Source: Candidatus Latescibacterota bacterium
GTDB lineage: Bacteria; Latescibacterota; UBA2968
Length of the DNA stretch: 64,000 nucleotides
Direction of reading: 5' to 3'
Assembly (NCBI GenBank): GCA_965222605.1
Contig: OZ244960.1
Span: 6,016,001 to 6,080,000, forward strand
The notes beneath the pieces are model-generated. The model searched no databases, was not told where the DNA came from, and saw nothing but the letters and a program-made list of their open reading frames with translations. Made by a program: the position numbers and the translations under genes. This document shows positions 38,992-47,133 of this stretch, one piece after another. The stretch's first letter is position 1. Every line of letters begins with the position of its first letter.

Positions 38992-39783
38992 ATGGGTGAG
39001 TTTTATATGCCCGAAGATGCAGAGGCTCAATTAGAAGACCGTGGTTTTTTTGTGGCTCGCAACCTGCTTACAGCCCAAGCAGTTGAGGCCGTGCGAAGTG
39101 AACTTGAACGGGTCATCGCAGAAGAGCCGGAAGGATTCAGATTGACCACTGATCGCGCAGATGACACAGGTGTTGACGGTGATGCGGCGGTATGGGCTGT
39201 GGGCGATCGGGACCTTTATAGCCGGGTGCTTTGGGAGGAGTGGCTGACGGCAGAGAATGTGATTGCAATGAACCAACGCTTTCTGGGTGAGAATGTTCGC
39301 GTGCAAGGCACGCGTTTTTTTACGAAGCAGGCTCGAATCGGCGAATCGGTTCCCTGGCATCAGGACATTTGGTTGTGGGAGCGCGATGCCTCGCGTGGCA
39401 TCAGGCCACACAAGCGCGAACATTTTAATTGTTGGGTGGCTCTGGAGGCTGTCGATCTGGAGAATGGGTGTTTGCATGTGATGCCGGGCACCCACAAAGG
39501 CGACGTGATCGAACACGTGCAGTATGATGGCTTGCACCCAGAGATTCCGCGTGAGCTGGTCACGGAGAGAACGCCTGAACCTGTGCCATTGGGGCCGGGC
39601 GATGCGGTGGTCTGGCATGCACATATGTGGCATATGAGCCCACCAAATACGAGCGATCGCACGCGATGGGGCGGTGTGATGATTACTTTTCCTGAAGAGA
39701 TGGCTGAAAAGGCGAATCAGGCCGATCGGGGTGTCCTGATCCGTGATGGGATGGCGTGTTCTTATCCAGGACCGATTCGTTGA
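38992..39783 (+). CDS. PhyH-family dioxygenase
   Basis: PWHQD, NGCLHVMPGTH, WHMSPPNTSDRTR. Confidence 0.9.
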   Translation: MGEFYMPEDAEAQLEDRGFFVARNLLTAQAVEAVRSELERVIAEEPEGFRLTTDRADDTGVDGDAAVWAVGDRDLYSRVLWEEWLTAENVIAMNQRFLGENVRVQGTRFFTKQARIGESVPWHQDIWLWERDASRGIRPHKREHFNCWVALEAVDLENGCLHVMPGTHKGDVIEHVQYDGLHPEIPRELVTERTPEPVPLGPGDAVVWHAHMWHMSPPNTSDRTRWGGVMITFPEEMAEKANQADRGVLIRDGMACSYPGPIR

Positions 39784-39824
39784 GTCACATCTCCAGTTTT
39801 TCATTTTTAACCAAAGGGCACAAT

Positions 39825-40293
39825 ATGGCCGAACAAGAGGATTATACATCACTGGTGCCGTTTCATACTTTTCCATATGCATTGGAAGAACAGATTGAAG
39901 CACTTAAGACCAATCCGTTGTTACAACGGATGAAAGCGTATCGAGAATCGTATGACGGTGATCCTCACAGACCGGTTTATCACTATGTGAATCCTGAGCA
40001 CACACTGAACGATCCCAATGGGCTGTGTTTTTGGCAGGGTAAATGGCATCTGTTTTATCAAGCCTATCCGCCCGAAGATACCAGACAGCACTGGGGGCAC
40101 GCGATCAGCGATGATTTGATTCATTGGGAAGATTTGCCTTATGCCATTTATCCCAATCCCGAACGATGCTGTTTTTCTGGTGCGACCTTGGTGGAAGATG
40201 ACCGTGTGATTGCGATATATCACGGGACAGAAGTGGGCAACATGGTGGCGGTGTCAAATGACCCTTTGCTTTTGAACTGGGAGAAATTGACAG
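39825..40293 (+). pseudogene. GH32-family glycosidase, 5' part (interrupted)
   Basis: RPVYHY, LNDPNGL, HWGHAISDDLIHW, FSG; homology breaks at ...NWEKLTG. Confidence 0.88.
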
Positions 40294-40308
40294 GGTCAAG
40301 TCCTATTT

Positions 40309-40596
40309 TTAGTTCATTTTGAAAACCCACGTCCTTTGGGCGTGGCTTTTTACCCTCAGAAACTGTTTAAGCGACTCCAAACAAAGATCCCTGGTTTCAC
40401 AAGGATCGGAGGTTACGATACCTATTCCCCTCCTCCTGCCTTGCGCTTGCCAAAACCACATCCGACTTATGCTGTCAAACTGAATATTAACGCGATATAT
40501 TTGTTCATCCTTATTAACAATACTTCGGACAGTTTTTGGCTGTAGAAGGTTCTTTGAAATCAACAAGTTAGATGAGGCCAGATGTTTTATTTTCAA
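40309..40596 (-). CDS. Small hypothetical protein, weak DUF1508/YegP-like pattern
   Basis: WFWQAQG...IVTSDPCETRDLCLESL; start uncertain. Confidence 0.35.
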   Translation of the reverse strand: MKIKHLASSNLLISKNLLQPKTVRSIVNKDEQIYRVNIQFDSISRMWFWQAQGRRRGIGIVTSDPCETRDLCLESLKQFLRVKSHAQRTWVFKMN

Positions 40597-40786
40597 CTTA
40601 GGTCTGCACCCTGAGTTTGATAAAAAAACAGGTCATTCTATAAACCTTTGTTTTATAGAAACTTAGAGTTTTTGGCTGGTTAAAAATCTATCGAAAAGTG
40701 TCCGAACCATTGTATTAAAAGGAGGTAACTATTTAGGTCATTTGAATGATTAGCCACAAAATGCACAAAAATCACAAAAGTATGCT

Positions 40787-40840
40787 GTGGGAGCGGCATC
40801 CCTGCCGCGATTAAGGTCGGGAAAAGGATTTCCCTCCTAC
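40787..40840. repeat. REP doublet (REPIN-like)
   Basis: GTGG-GAGCGGCA-tccc-TGCCGC and the inverted GTAG-GAGGGAAA-tcct-TTTCCC; preceded by three CACAAAA units (40755-40779). Confidence 0.65.
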
Positions 40841-40881
40841 GCGGCCACAAGAACCTAAATAATTACAAAAGGAGTATTATT

Positions 40882-41475
40882 ATGGCAAGGCACTGTTTTC
40901 TGTTCGGATTCGTGTTGTCTTTGTTTTTTGGCTCAGTGAATGCAGAGGATTTGAATAAGCACACAATTCGAGGCACTCATTGGGGAATGACACTGGCCGA
41001 AGTAAAGGCTATTGAGAAGTGGGAATATATGGGTATGGTTGGAAATTTCGCGGCGTATGCTGGAGAATTGGTAAAAGGAACAAAGACGAATCTGTTGTAT
41101 GAGTTTGACGGCGATTTGCTTGTCAGTCTCGCCTATATTATAGAATCTGCGAATAAGAACACATACCTTTTATTTCAGGAACTATTGGTGAAGAAATACG
41201 GCTCTTTCATAAGGGAGATAACGGAACAAGACTTAAAAACACAGGCGAAGATGTTGAAGGAATATAATTTAGATGTAGAAGGATATAAGCCTGTGAATGT
41301 TACTTTTACCGAGTGGGTTATCTTCAAAAAGACCACCCGCGTAAAATTGATATACTCCTCGAAAAAAAAGGCTCTTACCATCCAATATGGGCATAAAGAA
41401 TATCAGGACAAGAAAGCACAATTAAAAGAACAAAGAAAAAAGGATCACTCATCGGTTGATAGTAATGATCTCTAA
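40882..41475 (+). CDS. Secreted hypothetical protein
   Basis: RBS AAGGAG; signal peptide ending VNA; GTHWGMTLAEVKA. Confidence 0.75.
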   Translation: MARHCFLFGFVLSLFFGSVNAEDLNKHTIRGTHWGMTLAEVKAIEKWEYMGMVGNFAAYAGELVKGTKTNLLYEFDGDLLVSLAYIIESANKNTYLLFQELLVKKYGSFIREITEQDLKTQAKMLKEYNLDVEGYKPVNVTFTEWVIFKKTTRVKLIYSSKKKALTIQYGHKEYQDKKAQLKEQRKKDHSSVDSNDL

Positions 41476-41942
41476 TTTTAATGGGCTATGCTATCAATTT
41501 TTGGTAGCATTGTTTTTTTCTCCTTTCTGTTAGCTTCGGCACTATTCTACATATAAGGAAGGGGACTCAATTGCCCTTCGTAAAGATGGGGAACCCATCT
41601 TTGTCAGGCGCGAGAAGGTTGAGTACGGCTGGATATTAGACATTGTTCCGTTGAAAGGGTTGAAGTATCGCTACGAATTGCCCGACCCCCCGGCTACATC
41701 TGAACGACTGATGATCGGAAAGCGTGTCTTTAATCGAACCGCAAAATTTTATTGAACCACAATTTAAATTCGCTGATGATTTTCATTCAACCGAACCTTT
41801 AACAACGCTCGATTGACGGGCTTTATCCTGGGCCACACACACCGCATGTTTAGGAGCCAGGTGAAGGCGTACCTGTTCTCGCTGAATTGACAGGGCGGGC
41901 AATGTCAAGATGTGGAATTATATACTAAAGTGTCAAAAATAA

Positions 41943-41971
41943 TTGACACTATTTTTATATTTCTATATATT
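41943..41971 (+). promoter_or_regulatory. sigma70 promoter of the NYN transcript
   Basis: TTGACA-17 nt-TATATT with an AT-rich upstream region. Confidence 0.75.
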
Positions 41972-41977
41972 TTGAGC

Positions 41978-42117
41978 ATTGCCCCTTCAGACATTCAGTG
42001 CTGAAGCCCCCGGACTTGTTAGTGGGTCCGGGTTGAATTTGTAAATAATTAACCACCCCTGTTGCTTCGGGAGCAGGGCGCGAAGCCGTATAGAACTCTA
42101 TACGGCTTCTGCATTTT
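41978..42117 (+). ncRNA. Candidate structured leader RNA (four hairpins, the last terminator-like) upstream of the NYN gene
   Basis: Stems CTTCAG/CTGAAG, CCCGGAC/GTCCGGG, CCCTGTT/AGCAGGG (cUUCGg), GAAGCCGTATAG/CTATACGGCTTC. Confidence 0.55.
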
Positions 42118-42388
42118 GGAGATTTAATGAAAACAAATGTCTATATTGACGGGCTTAATCTATATTACAGAGCCGTGCGAGGAACGCAGTATAAATGGCT
42201 GGATATAGATGCATTACTCAAAAAAATGTATTCCCAAAATACCATTTGCAAAATCAAGTATTTCACTTCGATTGTGAGTTCGCGTCCTAATGATCCCGGA
42301 CAATCAACGCGCCAACAAATCTATCTACGGGCTTTACGTACTTTTCCGAACATTGAGATTATTGAAGGTCACTTTTTGACCAGCAAAG

Positions 42389-43607
42389 GGCTTTGTTGCA
42401 TAGAAAAGGGTAAGGTAGGGACTTTGGTTTCAAAGGTCATAAATTACCTGCTCGCGCTGTTGTCTATGCAGGCGGGCGTGAGCCTGTCAACTTTAACCGT
42501 ATCGAGTGTGACCCAAGAGCCAAACACATTAAGTATCAAACACCCAATTTGCGCCTCCACTTTCTGTCGTTTTAACGTGCGTGCTGCCAAGGTGCTCCCG
42601 ATAACCCGTTTATAGCGTGCCATGGCGGTTTCTGAAATGGATCGCCTGTGATACCTGCTTTGTTCTTTCCACTTTTTGCGTCCGATGCGTTTTATGGCGC
42701 GGATGGCTTCATCGCGGGGTAAGGGGGGCACGTTCTCATTTTCTTCTTCCTTGATCTTGGCATTGTGCTGCGGTGGGATGATGGGTTCAATCGCCTCTTT
42801 TTGATTCGGGGGGTCTTGCAAGGTCTCATAGACACCCCATTTGTCATAGGCACCATCGGCTGCAAGGGATGTGATCTTTCGCGGTATCTCTTTGATTAAA
42901 GGCGCGACCTGGTGGGCATCCGTCTCGCTGTTTTTCGTCACCTTCGCCGATAGGATTTCCCCTGTTTCTTCATCAACGGCGAGATGTAACTTTCGCCATG
43001 TGCGATGCTTGCTGTATCCGTGTTGGCGCACTTTCCACTGTCCTTCACCAAAGACCTTTAAGCCTGTACTATCCACGACCACATAAACCGGCGCATCACG
43101 CTTTCGCGTAGGCAGAGTAACCTTCAGGGTTTTATTGCGCCGGCAAAAGGTCGAATAATCAGGCACCGGTAAAGACACCCCAAGGATGGAGACTAACGAC
43201 GCGACAAAACCTTCGGTTTGACGAAGGGGCAACCCAAACAGGTTGCGAAACACCAACCCGGTTTGGATGGCTAAATCCGAATAGACATATTGTCCTCCGC
43301 GTTTTTGGGGGCCTTCGTAGTGCCAGGCTTTGATGACTTTTTCATCAAACCAGAACGTAAGACTGCCCCGTTGTTTGAGCGATTGGTTGTATTCGGACCA
43401 GTTACGGACGCGATAGACCGGCTTTGAGGGCTGTTTTGGACCTGTTTTTGGCTTGCTTTTTTTTGGCTTGCTTTTTACCGAGCCACAATCTACTTTGGAC
43501 ATGACAGGCTCCTGAGGGGTTGGATATCTTTTTTGATACTTCCAGTGTGAATCCAATTTACTTAGGAGCCTTGTTTTTTACAATCATTTCTTTCGTGCAA
43601 CAAAGCC
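42389..43607 (-). mobile_element. IS5 family insertion sequence (IS903 group)
   Basis: Terminal repeats GGCTTTGTTGCA / TGCAACAAAGCC; 9-bp target duplication CCAGCAAAG (42380-42388, 43608-43616). Confidence 0.95.
42444..43502 (-). CDS. IS5/IS903-type DDE transposase
   Basis: NWSEYNQSLKQRGSLTFW, VVDSTGLK, WRKLHLAVD, ADGAYD, YHRRSISETAM. Confidence 0.93.
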   Translation of the reverse strand: MSKVDCGSVKSKPKKSKPKTGPKQPSKPVYRVRNWSEYNQSLKQRGSLTFWFDEKVIKAWHYEGPQKRGGQYVYSDLAIQTGLVFRNLFGLPLRQTEGFVASLVSILGVSLPVPDYSTFCRRNKTLKVTLPTRKRDAPVYVVVDSTGLKVFGEGQWKVRQHGYSKHRTWRKLHLAVDEETGEILSAKVTKNSETDAHQVAPLIKEIPRKITSLAADGAYDKWGVYETLQDPPNQKEAIEPIIPPQHNAKIKEEENENVPPLPRDEAIRAIKRIGRKKWKEQSRYHRRSISETAMARYKRVIGSTLAARTLKRQKVEAQIGCLILNVFGSWVTLDTVKVDRLTPACIDNSASR

Positions 43608-44135
43608 CCAGCAAAGTCAGAATGCCACTGGTGACGCCTTCCCCCAAAGGATCAAATACTGCGGAAGTTTGGAGAACAGAAGAAAAAGGATCAGATGTCA
43701 ACCTTGCTGTTCACCTATTAAACGATGCTCATAACAAGGATTATGAGGTTGCTATTGTGGTATCAAACGACTCCGACTTGGGGGAGGCTATCCGCATTGT
43801 GACTCAAGATATAAACTTGAAAGTAGGTGTTGTATTCCCTGCGGGTGCGATTGATCCGCGTACTGGCACTCGATATAAACTCCGAAAATCACAAACGCTT
43901 CTAAAATATGCCTCGTTTATACGTCAAATTAGACCTGGTGTTCTCTCACTTAGTCAACTGCCTAATACATTGACTGATGCGAGTGGCACTTTTCACAAAC
44001 CACCAGAATGGCAATAAAGAAGTCCAATACAATGACAAGAGCATTATGACGTAATGATATGGCGCATCAAGATGTTGTGTTACCGCGGCCAACTGCATCC
44101 ACAATCCCTTGTGGTTGTGGTGCTCGACCAGGCAT

Positions 44136-44181
44136 AAAAAAAAGCCCGTTGATCAAATGAGATTGACGGACTTTTTCTTTT
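44136..44181. terminator. Bidirectional terminator-like hairpin
   Basis: A-run, GCCCGTTGATC...GATTGACGGAC, T-run. Confidence 0.55.
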
Positions 44182-44274
44182 CTTCCAGACCTTGACAGAT
44201 GGGACAACTGGCGCGTATTTTTACAGGAAAGGACAGGGCATTATTGGGGGCGGATCCAGAGAAAGGAGAGCGTC

Positions 44275-44412
44275 ATGATTGAGCAAGGCCAATGTGAGAG
44301 GTGCGCGGCTCTGGAACGCGAGGTTGAGGCATTCAAAACTGAGAGGACAACTTACGGAACACTTACACTTTCGAGGGAGACTTTACAATGGCCGAGACAA
44401 ACGGGGATGTAA
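44275..44412 (+). CDS. Small CxxC protein (45 aa), phage-like
   Basis: RBS AAGGAG; MIEQGQCERCAALEREVE; overlaps the start of the next ORF. Confidence 0.4.
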   Translation: MIEQGQCERCAALEREVEAFKTERTTYGTLTLSRETLQWPRQTGM

Positions 44413-44795
44413 AGGAATGCCCACGTTGCCACATCTTGGAAAATAAACTGTGGGAATGTAGCGAGGCTTTGAGAGTTGAACGGATCGACCGAGGGAAGCG
44501 GGACGCCTTTGGAGATTATGACGAACTGCTCAATAAAGGGCACGGCGCACCAAAGGGCAACCAGAATGCCAGAGGCAAAGGCGCACCAGCGCGGAATATC
44601 AACGCAGTTAAGCACGGCATTTATCTGAGATGGGAAAGGGGCGAAGGGCCGGAAGATCGGTTGCCACCAGGGGCGGGCGCCGAGGTGTTAGACTTACTGA
44701 TCGAGGCAAAGAAATTGCAGGATTTTTGGGCGCGGGCGTCATTGCTGGTCGCACAGGTCGGCGTGAGGATGGCCCAACGTCCTTACTGGAAATAG
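44388..44795 (+). CDS. Phage-like protein with a GAPKGNQNA...KHG motif (terminase small subunit-associated)
   Basis: CPRC, HGAPKGNQNARGKGAPARNINAVKHGIY; RBS GAGGGAG; hairpin plus T-run after the stop. Confidence 0.6.
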   Translation: MAETNGDVKECPRCHILENKLWECSEALRVERIDRGKRDAFGDYDELLNKGHGAPKGNQNARGKGAPARNINAVKHGIYLRWERGEGPEDRLPPGAGAEVLDLLIEAKKLQDFWARASLLVAQVGVRMAQRPYWK

Positions 44796-44933
44796 CCGTC
44801 TGACTGACGGGCTTTCTTTTGTACTCGAGGTTTTTTACAGCATTCTTCCATCGCCTACCCCGCGCCGATGGCTTACGAAAAGCTGTATCAATCACAGGCT
44901 TGAAACCCAAGCCCTAAATACTCCACCAAAGCG

Positions 44934-45061
44934 ATGCTGTTGCCGAATTGGTGGAGAGGGAGCCTGCGGTTGGAAAAACGGCTATTTGTGACCTGAATTT
45001 AGGCTCTGTAACCCCTATGTTTAGTTGCTCTGGGACAGAATTCGGAATTCGGCAACAGCAG
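44934..45061. mobile_element. 128-bp MITE
   Basis: 15-bp inverted repeats TGCTGTTGCCGAATT (44935-44949) and AATTCGGCAACAGCA (45046-45060); flanking direct repeat CCAAAGCG (44926-44933, 45062-45069). Confidence 0.85.
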
Positions 45062-45111
45062 CCAAAGCGGGGCAACTCCATTTCTAACCGAAGAAAGGAG
45101 GTGAATTAAAG

Positions 45112-45279
45112 ATGCTGGAAGAAATGGAACGAACCCCTACTGGGACTCGCGTCGTATTTGTAGAAAAAGAACCAAATAGACCTGTGGGCGTAAGATGTGA
45201 AATTTTCATACCCTTTCCCCACAAAGAGATGTGTCTCTATTCCTTTTCTGAAGTCTATTTGCCAGCAATAAACCTATGA
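45112..45279 (+). CDS. Small hypothetical protein (55 aa)
   Basis: Strong RBS AAGGAGGTGA; MLEEMERTPTGTRVVFVEKE... Confidence 0.45.
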   Translation: MLEEMERTPTGTRVVFVEKEPNRPVGVRCEIFIPFPHKEMCLYSFSEVYLPAINL

Positions 45280-45600
45280 AATTTTACCATATCATCAAAA
45301 TCATCGAATTTCTGCTTTCGTTAAAGTATAGATGGAAAAGTACATTATTGGGCTTTTGTGTGGGGTTTGTGGACGGCTTTTTGAGAAGTCGGAAAAGAAA
45401 GTAAGCTATGAAACGATATGACCAGAGAGTATAAAATTTCTGTTTGCTCATGAATTGTTGCGGGTTATGGAAGGTGATAAAGCGCAATTCCGTTTTCGAG
45501 AAACAGGGCGACAGACGTTACACTTTGATTTGCACGGTGGCGCACCGTTTGTGCGTGCCGTTTTGGACAAGTGTGACGCACTGCCCGAGAAAGAAGAAGA

Positions 45601-46086
45601 ATGATCGAGTTTATCGGTATTTTGATCATTATCTGTTGTATTAGTTATTTTATTTACAAAGAGGTGTCTATAAATTCAGAAGAGGCTATGAGTTCGGAAG
45701 ATTGGACACCGCTTACAAATATTAGAGGTGTGGATAAGTATAGTCGGAGACCAAAGCGCATCAGATTCCCTGATGGTCACACTATATGGATTTCTTATTG
45801 GATAGACGTGCTAAGAGCAACCGCGATATGGCTTGTAGATAATGGGAGGCTGACCCCTGAAAACGCTCGGCTACGACATCCAAACGTTCGAGACCTTTAT
45901 GTGTCTTTCAGCAGAGAGCAACAACATCCGTCAGGCAGACAGTTCAAAAATCCCGAAGAAATTGATGTTGGCGTGTACATTGAAAATAATTGGACTGCTC
46001 AAGACTCGATAGATGGGGCAAAGGGACTTCTTGAACACTGCGAAGAGGATACGAGCACGATCCAAGTCAGCTTTGATAGGGAATGA
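45601..46086 (+). CDS. Hypothetical protein resembling accessory domains of restriction-associated proteins
   Basis: RPKRIRFPDG...YWIDVLRATAIWLV...GVYIENNWTA; alternative start at MSSED. Confidence 0.5.
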   Translation: MIEFIGILIIICCISYFIYKEVSINSEEAMSSEDWTPLTNIRGVDKYSRRPKRIRFPDGHTIWISYWIDVLRATAIWLVDNGRLTPENARLRHPNVRDLYVSFSREQQHPSGRQFKNPEEIDVGVYIENNWTAQDSIDGAKGLLEHCEEDTSTIQVSFDRE

Positions 46087-46382
46087 TCAAACAGGAGCAC
46101 GAGGTGAATACTCGGATAAAAACCCGTGACCAGGCAAAGAACTTGCCCGGATACATTCTCATAAACACATTGAAAGTTTAGAGTCTGGCTGAAAAAGTAA
46201 AATAGGAGAAGCTCCAATGGATCATCACGTTTCGGATACACAACGCCAGTAGCAGGATCGAGCCGCCCTTGAAATTTGACGTTCAACTGGTGGGAAGTCC
46301 ACAACGACTTTCAAAGCATGATATACTCTATCTCTTGCCTTGACTCTTGCCTTAAACACAAAATACCGTGTAAGGAGTTTAT

Positions 46383-46988
46383 ATGTTCAAGAATATATTG
46401 ATTTGTTTAATCTGTTGTTCGACGTATGTGGACGCCATAGGTGCAGATATTTTTGGACTCAAGAAGGGGATGACTATTGAGGAAATTCGCGCTTTGGGCT
46501 TTGGCACTATTTGGGAGGACGACAATCTTGATATTTTTGGGCTTGCTTCTTTTTATGTTCGAAGTCCCAAAATGCCAAAGGATGCCAAGTACATGACTTT
46601 TAAAATTTTGCCAAAGAATGGACTTCTGTGCGTCCATTTGGAATGGGAGATTGATAACGCAAGATTGAAGTATTGGGAAATACACAGCATTCTAAGAAGG
46701 AAGTACGGTAACGCGGGGTTCGGGCTGAAGAAGATACCGGGTCAACTACTGTTTGATCTCAATAGACAGGCACGCGCGGCGATCGATCCCGACTTAGAAC
46801 TTTGGAGAAAATCCGATTTTGATGCGGATAACAAATGGCAACTTGAAGAAATTCGCCTCTCCTTTAACAAAAGAATAAACCAATTAACACTTAAATACCG
46901 TTTTCAAGGCTATTGGCAGCATCGTAGTTCACAAAGCGAAAAAGGGGAAGCTGAAAGAACCAAAGAAGCAGAAGCATCACCGTTTTGA
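46383..46988 (+). CDS. Secreted hypothetical protein
   Basis: RBS AAGGAG; signal peptide; IFGLKKGMTIEEIRAL. Confidence 0.75.
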   Translation: MFKNILICLICCSTYVDAIGADIFGLKKGMTIEEIRALGFGTIWEDDNLDIFGLASFYVRSPKMPKDAKYMTFKILPKNGLLCVHLEWEIDNARLKYWEIHSILRRKYGNAGFGLKKIPGQLLFDLNRQARAAIDPDLELWRKSDFDADNKWQLEEIRLSFNKRINQLTLKYRFQGYWQHRSSQSEKGEAERTKEAEASPF

Positions 46989-47133
46989 TTATTGGCTAAC
47001 ATTGTATATAATTCCCATACTTTTTTCATCACGGGCTCCTTTGGTTGAGGACACAGCGTTTTCACGGTTTGAATCTGCTGTATCCAATTTACATTGGAGC
47101 CTCTACTATTTCAACTAAGATAGGCACAATACC

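Larger units (their letters stand above)
42127..44017 (+). pseudogene. NYN-domain (PIN-fold, LabA/DUF88-like) ribonuclease interrupted by IS5
   Basis: VYIDGLNLYY, IKYFTS, RQQIYLRAL, then EEKGSDVNLA, VSNDSDL; joining 42127-42388 to 43617-44017 gives 220 aa in frame. Confidence 0.9.
40294..47133. mobile_element. 6.84-kb non-autonomous cargo transposon (no cognate transposase) inserted in GH32
   Basis: 8-bp duplication ATTGACAG (40286-40293, 47134-47141); imperfect terminal repeats GGTCAAGTCCTATTTTTAGTTCA and (rc) GGTATTGTGCCTATCTTAGTTGA; removal restores an in-frame 525-aa GH32. Confidence 0.8.

Noticed and set aside
40601-40708. Possible second MITE (GGTCTGCAC...GTGTCCGAACC)
   Set aside because: Inverted repeats match poorly and there is no target duplication
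41480-41800. Possible decayed ORF after the secreted protein
   Set aside because: Broken frames, no start, no recognisable family
40294-47133. Integron cassette array or prophage interpretation of the cargo
   Set aside because: No integrase, no repeated attC-like sites and no structural phage genes
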